A stretch of DNA of 53,774 nt, taken from contig JBLIJA010000001.1 of assembly GCA_047635115.1 (NCBI GenBank), positions 1-53,774 of the forward strand, read 5' to 3'. The notes beneath the pieces are model-generated. The model saw nothing but the letters and a program-made list of their open reading frames with translations. It did not search any database and was not told the DNA's origin. A program made the translations under genes and the position numbers. Shown piece by piece: positions 32,432 through 42,081 of this stretch. Source of the stretch: Porticoccus sp. GTDB taxonomy: Bacteria > Pseudomonadota > Gammaproteobacteria > Pseudomonadales > Porticoccaceae. The stretch's first letter is position 1. Every line of letters starts with the position of its first letter.

Positions 32432-32860
32432 ATGAAATATTCCAGACATAAGCGGCGACTGGTTGCTGAAATTAATGTCGTACCCTATATCGATGTGATG
32501 TTGGTGCTGTTGATTGTTTTTATGGTGACGGCGCCCTTACTGATGCAGGGTGTGAAAGTTGAATTGCCTCAGGCGCCTTCAGTGCCGTTTGGAAATAAGG
32601 ATCAGGATCCACTTATCGTTTCTATTAAGGCTGACGGTTCTTATTATCTTGATTTAGGGAATGGTGAAAATATTCAAGAAACTTTGTCTTCAATTATTGA
32701 AAAAGTAACTAAAGTTTTGCGCCAGCAACCGAAAACACCGGTGCTTGTATGGGGTGACGCTCGTGTGAACTACGGTGAAGTGGTGACCTTAATGAGCGAG
32801 TTGCAGAATTCTGGGGCACCTTCTGTCGGGCTTGTCACTGAGTCACCAGGAAATAAATAA
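32432..32860 (+). CDS. tolR: TolR
   Basis: AEINVVPYIDVMLVLL. Confidence 0.96.
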   Translation: MKYSRHKRRLVAEINVVPYIDVMLVLLIVFMVTAPLLMQGVKVELPQAPSVPFGNKDQDPLIVSIKADGSYYLDLGNGENIQETLSSIIEKVTKVLRQQPKTPVLVWGDARVNYGEVVTLMSELQNSGAPSVGLVTESPGNK

Positions 32861-32865
32861 TTGTT

Positions 32866-33564
32866 GTGGTAACGGGAAAGGTTTTTTCATATTCAGTAGC
32901 CACGTTGGTGAGCATCGTAATCCATGCTCTCATTTTAGCCATACTGATCGTTCAGTGGGAGCCGGAAAAGAGTGCGAGAAAAACGGCCCCGCCAAAGTAT
33001 GTTCAAGCCAAGCTGATACAGATGGAGGAAAAAGCCAAACCCAAACCCAAACTCAAGGCAAAGCCCAAATCAAAGCCCAAGCCCAAGGCAAAACCCAAAT
33101 CAAAACCCAAATCAAAGCCCAAGGCAAAACCCAATCCTAAGCCTAAAGCAAAGCCAAAGGTTGAACCCACGCCAGTACCGAAGACTGATAATCAGCAGTT
33201 GGAACAGAACTTGGCGAGTGCGTTAGCTGATGAGGAGGACTTTCTGGTTGCGGAGAATGAGGAGCAGCTGGCAAGTAGCTATTCAGCGTATATTTTTGAG
33301 CGTGTTGCTGGAAATTGGAATCGCCCACCCAGTGCCCGTCGGGGAATGGAGGTGGAATTACTGATACAGTTGGTTCCTACGGGTCAGGTGGTCAGTGTGA
33401 TGATATCCAAATCCAGTGGTAACCCGGCATTTGACCGTTCAGCTGAACAGGCAGTGCATAAGGCGGGTAGATTCGATAAATTAAAGGAGCTCCCACCCTG
33501 GGTGTTTAACGATTATTTTCGTAAATTGCGGTTGGTTTTTCGTCCGGAAGATTTAAGGTTGTAG
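32866..33564 (+). CDS. tolA: TolA (short, Lys/Pro-rich linker)
   Basis: TM with S-x3-H, KPK repeats, C-terminal NWNRPP...SSGNPAFDRSA..AV. Confidence 0.9.
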   Translation: MVTGKVFSYSVATLVSIVIHALILAILIVQWEPEKSARKTAPPKYVQAKLIQMEEKAKPKPKLKAKPKSKPKPKAKPKSKPKSKPKAKPNPKPKAKPKVEPTPVPKTDNQQLEQNLASALADEEDFLVAENEEQLASSYSAYIFERVAGNWNRPPSARRGMEVELLIQLVPTGQVVSVMISKSSGNPAFDRSAEQAVHKAGRFDKLKELPPWVFNDYFRKLRLVFRPEDLRL

Positions 33565-33567
33565 ATA

Positions 33568-33609
33568 GTGAGAAAATTAATATGAGAAAGCTGACGTGAG
33601 AAAACTAGG
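33568..33609 (+). repeat. Three 14-bp tandem copies of the tolB start forming coupled mini-ORFs
   Basis: GTGAGAAAATTAAT / ATGAGAAAGCTGAC / GTGAGAAAACTAGG. Confidence 0.75.
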
Positions 33610-34882
33610 CGCTACCCTCAGTCTTTACCTGTTCACTCTGGTATTTCCATTGTCTGGTATTACAGAGTTAACCATAGAAATTACCCATGGAGTGGATAGC
33701 CCAAGTCGTATTGCAGTACCTCCCATTACCCAGGTGGGTCAACCTTTACCAGAAGATATTAGTAAGATTGTATCTGCTGACTTGGAGCGAAGTGGTCTGT
33801 TTATGCCCCTTCCCCGTCATGATATGTTGTCGTTTCCATCTACAGCAAAAGAGGTCTATTACCGAGATTGGCGAATACTGGGTGCCGAATACTTGGTGGT
33901 AGGTAAGGCTGTCAATCAGTCGGGGCGTTATCAAATCAGTTTTAGTCTGTTGGAGGTTCACGGCGAACGAAAATTATTTACTAAAGTTGTGGAAGGCCCA
34001 GCTACACAGCTCCGAGATTTGGCTCATTATATTAGCGACCAGGTTTATCAAGCAGTAACGGGAATTCCAGGTGCATTTTCAACACGAGTAGCCTACGTCA
34101 CAGCCATACCTGTCAATGGCAAAAGGACCTTCCAGTTGATGGTTGCAGATGTCGATGGTGCTCGGGAGCGGCTGTTACTTGAGTCGAAGCAGCCGATTAT
34201 GTCACCGGCGTGGTCGCCGGATGCGACGGAGCTCGTTTATGTTTCATTTGAAACGGGGCGTCCGGCCATTTTCCGACAAAAGCTAGCGACTGCAGCTCGT
34301 GAACAGTTAACCAATTTTAGGGGATTAAATGGGGCGCCATCTTGGTCACCAAATGGTAAGACGTTAGCATTGGTTCTATCTAAGGATGGAAATCCTGAGA
34401 TTTATACTTATGAGTTTTCGACTCGAAAATTCACCCGCAGAACCACTCACTTTGCTATCGATACCGAGCCAAACTGGACACCAGATGGAAAGTCGCTGAT
34501 TTTCACTTCTGATAGGGGGGGTACCCCACAAATTTACAAGCTAGCCATCGCCTCAGGGCGGGTAGAACGCTTAACCTTCAGGGGGTCGTATAATGCTAGG
34601 CCAAGGCTTGCTTCTGATGGGAGAACGTTGGTGATGGTACATCGTGATAACGGTAGTTTTCATATCGCATCACAGGATTTGGTCACCGGAGACTTTAGAG
34701 TTCTAACACAAACGCATCTGGATGAATCTCCAACAGTTGCACCTAATGGCGCAATGTTGCTGTATGCCACTAAGCAGGGCAATAAGGGGGTGTTGGCTGC
34801 GGTATCATTAGATGCAGGAGTGAAGTTTTTACTGCCGGCAAGGCGAGGTGATGTACGCGAACCGGCATGGTCGCCAAAATAA
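33596..34882 (+). CDS. tolB: TolB
   Basis: Beta-propeller repeats [29 protein letters not shown]. Confidence 0.97.
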   Translation: MRKLGATLSLYLFTLVFPLSGITELTIEITHGVDSPSRIAVPPITQVGQPLPEDISKIVSADLERSGLFMPLPRHDMLSFPSTAKEVYYRDWRILGAEYLVVGKAVNQSGRYQISFSLLEVHGERKLFTKVVEGPATQLRDLAHYISDQVYQAVTGIPGAFSTRVAYVTAIPVNGKRTFQLMVADVDGARERLLLESKQPIMSPAWSPDATELVYVSFETGRPAIFRQKLATAAREQLTNFRGLNGAPSWSPNGKTLALVLSKDGNPEIYTYEFSTRKFTRRTTHFAIDTEPNWTPDGKSLIFTSDRGGTPQIYKLAIASGRVERLTFRGSYNARPRLASDGRTLVMVHRDNGSFHIASQDLVTGDFRVLTQTHLDESPTVAPNGAMLLYATKQGNKGVLAAVSLDAGVKFLLPARRGDVREPAWSPK

Positions 34883-34958
34883 CTTATCTGGTAACAAAAA
34901 GTAATTATTACTACTATAGGCTGATAACCTCTCACTACATATAGGATTGGAGAAAATA

Positions 34959-35468
34959 ATGAAGACCCAACTACTCAAATATGGCGTAATGGCTACATTC
35001 CTGGCAGCTCTACTTGCTGGTTGCTCCAGCACTGATACTACGGATACCTTCAGTGCGGGGGGAGCAACATCTATACCCAGTAATCAGGTGTCCACTGGCA
35101 CTGCAGATTCTGCCGGTATCAGCGGTTCTTCGCTGGATTCAGATAGCTCTGTGTCACGTGTTTTCTACTTCGAGTTTGATAGAGCTATTCTTAATTCAGA
35201 AGCTCGTGCTGCCCTGCGTATCCACGCGCAAACGCTGCGTAAAAACCCCGTCAATATACGTCTGGAAGGACATGCAGATGAGCGTGGTACTCGTGAATAC
35301 AATATGGCGTTGGCTGAGCGTCGCGCTAACTCAGCTAGAGACTTTCTCGTTCAAGAAGGTGTCAATGGAGCATTGATTGAAGTGATTAGCTATGGGGAAG
35401 AAAGCCCTACTTCAGTTGATAGCAATAAAGAGTTTTGGACGCTGAATCGCCGCGTTGAACTTAAATAA
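34959..35468 (+). CDS. pal: Peptidoglycan-associated lipoprotein Pal
   Basis: Lipobox LAGC, EGHADERGTREYNMAL, SYGEE, NRRVE. Confidence 0.95.
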   Translation: MKTQLLKYGVMATFLAALLAGCSSTDTTDTFSAGGATSIPSNQVSTGTADSAGISGSSLDSDSSVSRVFYFEFDRAILNSEARAALRIHAQTLRKNPVNIRLEGHADERGTREYNMALAERRANSARDFLVQEGVNGALIEVISYGEESPTSVDSNKEFWTLNRRVELK

Positions 35469-35499
35469 ATCGTACTGCCAGACTTTTTTAGTATCCCCG

Positions 35500-35536
35500 T
35501 CCGGTTCTGGAAGCAGTGCCGGATTTCTTTGTTTTT
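35500..35536 (+). terminator. Putative terminator after pal
   Basis: TCCGG-ttCTG-gaag-CAGtg-CCGGA followed by a T-rich tail. Confidence 0.5.
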
Positions 35537-35596
35537 GTGTGACGTGTTGTCGCCTTAAGGGTACTGTCAAGGTTGGCCTAAATTTGTTCAATTAGG

Positions 35597-36367
35597 ATGT
35601 TTTCCCGTATGCGTATACAAGCTGGCTCGGTGTTTTTCGGTCTCTTTTTATCGATCTCTACTCAGGCTGCCGCTCCCGTTGAGGAGGTTGGCGTTCAGCC
35701 ATCACGGCCTGTTAATGCGACGCCCCAGGCTTCTGTGCCTTCGGCGCTGCTTCAGACAAGTGGTGTGCACTACCAGCTACAACTTCTACAGGACGAAATT
35801 AGAAACTTACGCGGCATGATAGAAGAGTTGAATTACGAGGTCAGTCAGTTGAAAACGAGGCAAATGGATGACTATATAGATATTGACCGCCGCTTCAGTG
35901 CTATCTCGGCGGGTGGCGCCGTAAGCCCTGCTCGATCTTCTTCAGCTAGTGTTGTGGGTACATCTAGTGACGCGGGTAGTGTTCCTGCAGCAGTCACTTC
36001 CGATGAAGTAGAGCATTATACTCATGCCTATAATCAGCTGAAAGCTGGAGAAATCAAAGGATCCATTGCTCTCTTCAAAGAACACAATGCTAAATATCCG
36101 AATGGAAAATACGTAGCCAATTCGTATTACTGGTTGGGTGAAATTTATGTGTTACAAGGCAAATTAGAGCCGGCTCGTGAATCTTTTTCGATGGTAGTGG
36201 ATAATTACCCTGCTCATCGAAAAGCGTCGGATTCAACCTTTAAACTAGGGCAGGTTTATTATTTGCTCGGTGATAAAGCTAAGGCCAGAGCGCTACTGGA
36301 CAAGTCGGCGGAGGGTAATGACAATTCAGCAAGATTGGCTCGTAGTTATCTGAAAGATAATTTTTAG
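35597..36367 (+). CDS. cpoB: Cell division coordinator CpoB/YbgF
   Basis: Signal peptide, coiled coil EIRNLRGMIEE, TPR YYWLGE; follows pal. Confidence 0.92.
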   Translation: MFSRMRIQAGSVFFGLFLSISTQAAAPVEEVGVQPSRPVNATPQASVPSALLQTSGVHYQLQLLQDEIRNLRGMIEELNYEVSQLKTRQMDDYIDIDRRFSAISAGGAVSPARSSSASVVGTSSDAGSVPAAVTSDEVEHYTHAYNQLKAGEIKGSIALFKEHNAKYPNGKYVANSYYWLGEIYVLQGKLEPARESFSMVVDNYPAHRKASDSTFKLGQVYYLLGDKAKARALLDKSAEGNDNSARLARSYLKDNF

Positions 36368-36464
36368 TTCTGAAGTGCTTTAGATTACATTCCTTCGTGC
36401 AATAGTCCCGAAGATCGTCTTTTTCAGTTAGACTGCGCGATTTACGCTGTTCAGTTTCTATCTC

Positions 36465-37115
36465 ATGGATCAATCAATTCTACGTATAACCGAAATTTTT
36501 TATTCTCTGCAAGGAGAATCATCTGCTGTGGGTCTCCCGACAGTATTTGTACGCCTAACAGGCTGCCCATTACGCTGCCATTATTGTGATACAGAATATG
36601 CCTTTTATGGCGGTGAACGCCAATCAGTAACAGCTGTTATTGAAAGGGTAGCAAGCTTTAAGGCCGTTCAGGTCTGTGTGACAGGGGGCGAGCCGTTAGC
36701 GCAAAAAGCTTGTTTACCTTTGATGAAGGAGCTGTGCGATCAAGGGTATCAGGTGTCCCTTGAAACGTCAGGTGCGTTATCTGTTGCAGAAGTGGACCCT
36801 CGGGTTGTCAAAGTGTTAGATTTGAAAACGCCTGCTTCTGGTGAGGTGAGTCGTAATATTTACGAGAATATGGTCTACCTTCAGTCTAGTGATCAGGTGA
36901 AGTTCGTTATCTGTGACAGACAGGATTATGAGTGGGCTAGACTCAAAATAGATGAGTTGAAGCTAGCCGATAAAGTTGAAAACATTCTGTTTTCTCCTAG
37001 TGCTGGCCAGCAGAATGCCACTGAGTTGGCTGAGTGGATATTGGCTGATCACCTTCAGGTGCGATTTCAACTTCAGTTACACAAGATATTATGGAATGAC
37101 GAGCCGGGACATTAA
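36465..37115 (+). CDS. queE: 7-carboxy-7-deazaguanine synthase (radical SAM)
   Basis: EIFYSLQGE, CPLRCHYC, TGGEP, QLHK. Confidence 0.96.
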   Translation: MDQSILRITEIFYSLQGESSAVGLPTVFVRLTGCPLRCHYCDTEYAFYGGERQSVTAVIERVASFKAVQVCVTGGEPLAQKACLPLMKELCDQGYQVSLETSGALSVAEVDPRVVKVLDLKTPASGEVSRNIYENMVYLQSSDQVKFVICDRQDYEWARLKIDELKLADKVENILFSPSAGQQNATELAEWILADHLQVRFQLQLHKILWNDEPGH

Positions 37116-37121
37116 GTGGCA

Positions 37122-37811
37122 ATGAAAGATCCTGATAAAAAAGCGGTCGTGTTGGTATCTGGTGGTCTTGATTCCACTACTGTACTGGCCTTGGCCCGAG
37201 AGCAAGGGTATCTATGTTATACCCTCAGCTTTGACTATGGTCAGCGGTCTCATGCAGAGCTGGCGGCCGCTAGACATGTTTCGACAGTAATGGGCGCAGA
37301 AGAACACAAGGTAGTAATACTTGATCTGCGAACAATTGGGGGGTCTGCATTGACCGATGACAATATTGACGTGCCGGAAGAGGAAACTTCTGGAATTCCC
37401 GTCACCTATGTTCCAGCTCGCAACACGGTATTTCTTTCTATTGCGCTGGGCTGGGCTGAGGTGTTGGGTGCCCAGGATATTTTTATCGGTGTGAATGCGG
37501 TGGATTACTCCGGTTATCCTGATTGCCGCCAAGAATATATCGAAGCATTTGAGAAAATGGCCAACCTCGCCACAAAATCAAGTGTGGAGGGGCATTACCT
37601 CAGAATTAATAAGCCGCTGATCAATTTGACCAAGGCAGATATTATTCGTCAGGGTGTTGAAATTGGTGTGGACTACACACATACAGTGTCCTGTTACCAA
37701 GCTACAGAAGAGGGTTTGGCTTGTGGTAAGTGCGACAGTTGCCGTCTCCGAAAAATCGGATTTGAGCAAGCAGGTCTTGATGACCCCACCCTTTATGTCT
37801 TAGTCAAATAA
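37122..37811 (+). CDS. queC: 7-cyano-7-deazaguanine synthase
   Basis: SGGLDST, YVPARN, YPDCR, CGKCDSC. Confidence 0.96.
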   Translation: MKDPDKKAVVLVSGGLDSTTVLALAREQGYLCYTLSFDYGQRSHAELAAARHVSTVMGAEEHKVVILDLRTIGGSALTDDNIDVPEEETSGIPVTYVPARNTVFLSIALGWAEVLGAQDIFIGVNAVDYSGYPDCRQEYIEAFEKMANLATKSSVEGHYLRINKPLINLTKADIIRQGVEIGVDYTHTVSCYQATEEGLACGKCDSCRLRKIGFEQAGLDDPTLYVLVK

Positions 37812-37858
37812 ACACTTGATTTTTAGTTGACCATAAGTAAGATATGCGCCTCTTCTGA

Positions 37859-37934
37859 GGGCCGTTAGCTCAGTTGGTAGAGCAGTTGGCTTTTAACCAA
37901 TTGGTCGCTGGTTCGAATCCAGCACGGCCCACCA
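37859..37934 (+). tRNA. tRNA-Lys(TTT)
   Basis: GGGCCGTTAGCTCAGTTGGTAGAGCAGTTGG-CT-TTT-AA-CCAAT...GTTCGAATCC...CCA, 76 nt; upstream TTGATT-16-TAAGAT promoter. Confidence 0.97.
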
Positions 37935-37940
37935 AATTAC

Positions 37941-37967
37941 AAAAACTTCCCTTGCGGAGGTTTTTTT
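37941..37967 (+). terminator. Terminator after tRNA-Lys
   Basis: AAAAACTTCC-cttgc-GGAGGTTTTTT. Confidence 0.8.
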
Positions 37968-38138
37968 GTGCGTAATACATTGGTCAGTTAATATAAGTTT
38001 TTTATGAAGACTATTTTGGTGAAGTGAGTAATCCATAGTCTCTAGAGCTTAGCATCGAATAGTAAGCGCTAGTGGATTATCGGCTTGGTCAGTCAGATAT
38101 GGTAAAATTAAAGTATTACGTATTATCGAACTAGTCTT

Positions 38139-39200
38139 ATGAATCAGTCTCCCAAACTACAAATTGCAGAAATGTCCACCCACCGAGACGTGGTTGAGCA
38201 GTATTTGGGCCAGATTTACGATGAGCCTAAGTACGCGTACGAAGAGGAGGCAACGTATAAGGCTCGAATTAAGCAGCTTATAAAAGAGAAGAATGCGGTC
38301 ATTGTGGCCCATTACTACACAGATAAGGTTGTTCAGCAGTTGGCAGAAGAGACCGGAGGGCTTGTTTCAGATTCATTGGAAATGGCGCGATTTGGAAATA
38401 GTCATCCGGCCTCTACACTGATGGTGGCAGGGGTTAGGTTTATGGGAGAGACTGCCAAAATTCTTACCCCAGAAAAAAAAGTTCTGATGCCCACTCTGGA
38501 AGCAACTTGTTCTCTAGATATCGGTTGTCCGGCAGAGGACTTCAGTGCTTTTTGCGATCAGCACCCCGATCGTACCGTTGTTGTTTACGCAAATACATCA
38601 GCAGCTGTTAAGGCTCGAGCAGATTGGGTTGTTACTTCGAGTATTGCACTGGATGTGGTGGATTACCTCGATAGTTGCGGTGAGAAAATCTTGTGGGCAC
38701 CTGATAAATATCTTGGTAGTTATGTTCAGAAAAAGACGGGTGCAGATATGCTCCTTTGGGATGGGAGTTGTATAGTACATGAAGAGTTTAAGTCACAGGG
38801 TGTGGCCGACCTCAAGAGCGTTTATCCAGATGCTGCAGTATTAGTTCATCCTGAATCGCCTGAAGCCATGGTTGAGATTGCCGATGCTGTGGGTTCAACC
38901 TCTCAGCTGATCAAGGCGGCTCAAACCCTACCAAACAAGCAAATGATCGTCGCGACTGATATTGGTATTTTCCACAAAATGCAGCAAGCAGCACCAGATA
39001 AAGAACTGATAATCGCGCCCACTGCTGGTGAGGGCGCGACTTGTCGAAGCTGCGCCAGTTGTCCATGGATGGGTATGAATCATCTGAAAAATTTAATGGA
39101 GTCCCTGGAGCATGGTACCAATGAGATTTATGTTGACTCATTAGTTGGGAGTATGGCTATGGTGTCGTTACAGCGAATGCTGGATTTCCGTGAACTGTAA
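38139..39200 (+). CDS. nadA: Quinolinate synthase A
   Basis: [41 protein letters not shown]. Confidence 0.97.
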   Translation: MNQSPKLQIAEMSTHRDVVEQYLGQIYDEPKYAYEEEATYKARIKQLIKEKNAVIVAHYYTDKVVQQLAEETGGLVSDSLEMARFGNSHPASTLMVAGVRFMGETAKILTPEKKVLMPTLEATCSLDIGCPAEDFSAFCDQHPDRTVVVYANTSAAVKARADWVVTSSIALDVVDYLDSCGEKILWAPDKYLGSYVQKKTGADMLLWDGSCIVHEEFKSQGVADLKSVYPDAAVLVHPESPEAMVEIADAVGSTSQLIKAAQTLPNKQMIVATDIGIFHKMQQAAPDKELIIAPTAGEGATCRSCASCPWMGMNHLKNLMESLEHGTNEIYVDSLVGSMAMVSLQRMLDFREL

Positions 39201-39275
39201 TTGTCGGCAGAGCCCGGTTTAAAGTAAGGCTCAGGCTAAAAGGCTCCATGAGTTTTTATTGCAAGCTAGGTGAGT

Positions 39276-40733
39276 TTATTTAAATAACTCCTGCATTTTC
39301 TTTTCTTGTATGGCTACATCGCGTAGTTGCTGGTCAATAATGGCTGTTTGTTTGTAATCATGAATTAGTAGTTTTCGAGCATAGCTAAACTGATCTCGGG
39401 CTTGGTCGAATGCGCCATTAAGCATGAAATATTGTGCGCGAGCCTTATGGACACCGGAAATATTGCCTGCTAGGCCTCGAACCTCAGCAAGTTGATACCA
39501 AACAAGCGGTGTGTTTTGACGACGTTGAGCAAGGTCTTTAAGAACGAGTTCTGATTCATAAAAACGGTTAGCTTTGAGGTAGGTTTCGGCCAGAGACATT
39601 TGGAGAGGGTAGCTACTTGGATGGACCTTTAGTATCTTTTTGGTCTTGCTGATAGCAAGACCAAACTTTTTTTCAGCCCTGTCCATCTTGATATCAGCGA
39701 GCAGGTAGGTTAACCGATCTGGCGACTTTTCTAATAGGCGGTTCAGAGAAAGCCTTGCTGCTGAATAATGTCCCTTAGCGCTTTGGGTCAAGGCCAGCCC
39801 GTATTGTGCAGCTTCCCTGTTGAGGCTGTTTCCATCTAATTCATGCTGAAATCTATTCAGGGAAACGCTTGGGTTTTTGTCGATAGTGATGATGGCTCGA
39901 ATACGCATCAGGTGGTATTCGATATTATCCTGATACTGTTTTGGTGGGTACTGGCTAGCACGATTCCTAGCATCAGCCACACGGTTTTCGGTAAGTGGGT
40001 GGGTGAGTAAAAATTCAGGGGGTTTGCTTCCAGTGTAACGAGTGTTTTTAAGGATTTGTTCGAACATGGCAGACATTCCATGCGGATCCATGCCTGCTTC
40101 GGCCATTGTTTGGATGCCAATGCGGTCAGCCTCTTGCTCGCTTTGGCGGCTGTATCGGAGCGTGCTACCCTGGCTTGCCGCCATGGCCCCCGTCATTGCT
40201 GCCATGGCCGCATCACCACCTACGGTAACGGCTAAGACTAGGGCTCCTAACATTCCTGCCATGGTCGCTGTTGAGTTTCTTTTTTGTGTTTCTAGCCTGC
40301 GAGCAAAGTGTCGCTGGCTTAAGTGAGCAATTTCGTGAGACAGCACTGAAGACAATTGATCTTCGGATTCTGCATAGTTGAACAAGCCGGTATGAACACC
40401 AAGAACTCCGCCAGGTACAGCGAAGGCATTCATTGAAGAATTGTCGATGGCAATAACTTCTAGTCTGTGATCCTGAAGCTGACTATGTAAGGATAGCTTG
40501 GAGATAAGTCTTTCCAGGTAGTCAAGTAATAATGTGTCGTTGGATTCATGGATTCTGCCGCGATAAGCCATCAGCCAGGCTCGCCCAAGTTCGTGTTCCT
40601 TTTGAGGAGAAACGATAGCAGAGGTGCTGTCTCCTAGTGAAGGTAGCTTGATGTTCGCGCTCTGAGTGGAAACCGTTAGCACAGTAAGAGCCAACGGTAT
40701 CAGGGTGTATCGATTGAAAAGTTTAAACAGCAC
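39276..40733 (-). CDS. bepA: M48 metalloprotease with TPR domain (BepA/YfgC)
   Basis: LPSLGD, NAFAVPGG, HEIAH, EQEAD, LTHP; GTG start inferred from AAGGA RBS. Confidence 0.92.
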   Translation of the reverse strand: MLFKLFNRYTLIPLALTVLTVSTQSANIKLPSLGDSTSAIVSPQKEHELGRAWLMAYRGRIHESNDTLLLDYLERLISKLSLHSQLQDHRLEVIAIDNSSMNAFAVPGGVLGVHTGLFNYAESEDQLSSVLSHEIAHLSQRHFARRLETQKRNSTATMAGMLGALVLAVTVGGDAAMAAMTGAMAASQGSTLRYSRQSEQEADRIGIQTMAEAGMDPHGMSAMFEQILKNTRYTGSKPPEFLLTHPLTENRVADARNRASQYPPKQYQDNIEYHLMRIRAIITIDKNPSVSLNRFQHELDGNSLNREAAQYGLALTQSAKGHYSAARLSLNRLLEKSPDRLTYLLADIKMDRAEKKFGLAISKTKKILKVHPSSYPLQMSLAETYLKANRFYESELVLKDLAQRRQNTPLVWYQLAEVRGLAGNISGVHKARAQYFMLNGAFDQARDQFSYARKLLIHDYKQTAIIDQQLRDVAIQEKKMQELFK

Positions 40734-40936
40734 GGTTAAATAAGTCCTTAGGTACGCAGTGATATAAGCCGTTTGCTGATAGTAACGTAAGTCTATGACT
40801 GAATTCATGGGAATTAGTGCGTTTTTAGTTTAAAAATGCGTCTGCTCCGAAAAGGATGTCGGCTTTTCTTGAAGCATGCGCGCGGATTCCGTAATCTGCG
40901 GCATGGACGTATGTCTTACCAGTCTTAGGAAATATT

Positions 40937-42007
40937 ATGTGGAAAGTGCTAGGAAGTTGGGTGAATCGCTATTTTGGTGAAGAAGAGGCCGTTCTTCTGG
41001 CGCTGTTACTAGCGGTCGCTCTCGTGGTGGTGGCTACCATGGGTGAAATTATGGCGCCCTTTGTAGCGGCGCTCATTTTTGCTTTTTTACTGCAGGGTGG
41101 GGTCAATCGGTTAGAGCGATGGAAAGTGCCAAGATTAGTCGCGGTGACCCTAGTCTTCCTGATTTTCATCGGTGCCTTTTTAGCTATTTTGATTATCCTT
41201 CTCCCTTTGATCGGGCGCCAAGCTGCAAACCTAGCTGGTGAGGTGCCCGCCATGGTCAAACATTGGCAAGATGTATTGCTGTTGCTCCCCGATCAATATC
41301 CCCACCTGATTTCAGAGGATCAGCTACAAGAGCTGCTGGGGCAAGCATCACGCGAGGTGGCGGGTATGGCCGAACGGTTGGTGAGTTTTTCTTTCAGCAC
41401 GTTCCCTAGTGTGGTGGCCATGATGGTCTATCTGGTATTAGTGCCGCTGTTAGTGTTCTTTATGCTCAAGGATAAAGATGAGTTGATGTCCTTGATGTCC
41501 GGCCTGTTACCCCATCAGCGGCCGGTTATGTGGAAAATTTGGCACGAGATGGATGTCCAGATGGCCAACTATGTACGCGGTAAGACGATTGAAATACTAT
41601 TGGTTGGTTTTGTGAGTTATGCCGTATTTTTGGTTATGGGCTTAAACTATGCAGCGCTCTTGGCCTTGTTAGTGGGGTTGTCGGTCGTTATTCCCTACAT
41701 TGGTGCTGTGGTCGTCACTATCCCAGTAACGGTGGTTGCCTACTTTCAGTGGGGCTGGGGGGGTGAGTTGTTCTGGTTGATGGCGATTTACGGAATTATT
41801 CAGGGTATAGACGGTAATGTTTTGGTCCCGATGTTGTTTTCCGAAGCGGTTAATCTACACCCTATTGTGATTATCCTTGCTGTGTTGGTATTTGGTGGCC
41901 TCTGGGGTTTTTGGGGTGTATTTTTTGCGATTCCTTTGGCGACGCTGGTAAAAGCACTTTATAACGCCTGGCCGAGAACTGATGTGCCTATTTCGGTGTC
42001 CGAATAG
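40937..42007 (+). CDS. AI-2E family transporter (PerM-like)
   Basis: YVRGK, IPYIG, DGNVLVP.LFSEAVNLHP, GGLWGFWG. Confidence 0.92.
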   Translation: MWKVLGSWVNRYFGEEEAVLLALLLAVALVVVATMGEIMAPFVAALIFAFLLQGGVNRLERWKVPRLVAVTLVFLIFIGAFLAILIILLPLIGRQAANLAGEVPAMVKHWQDVLLLLPDQYPHLISEDQLQELLGQASREVAGMAERLVSFSFSTFPSVVAMMVYLVLVPLLVFFMLKDKDELMSLMSGLLPHQRPVMWKIWHEMDVQMANYVRGKTIEILLVGFVSYAVFLVMGLNYAALLALLVGLSVVIPYIGAVVVTIPVTVVAYFQWGWGGELFWLMAIYGIIQGIDGNVLVPMLFSEAVNLHPIVIILAVLVFGGLWGFWGVFFAIPLATLVKALYNAWPRTDVPISVSE

Positions 42008-42081
42008 TTCTATAAAGTAGTTTCATGAAGTGATTCTATAAATAGCTCTACAAATAAAATCGGAATCCCGGTGTCGATGAT

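Noticed and set aside
33031-33160. AAACCC/AAGCCC repeats as a CRISPR or contingency locus
   Set aside because: Ordinary Lys-Pro linker coding sequence of TolA; no spacers
36465-37811. queE/queC plus tgt as a DNA 7-deazaguanine modification (dpd) defence system
   Set aside because: Genes are in standard housekeeping positions, Tgt has canonical tRNA-type motifs, and no dpdA-K-like genes are present
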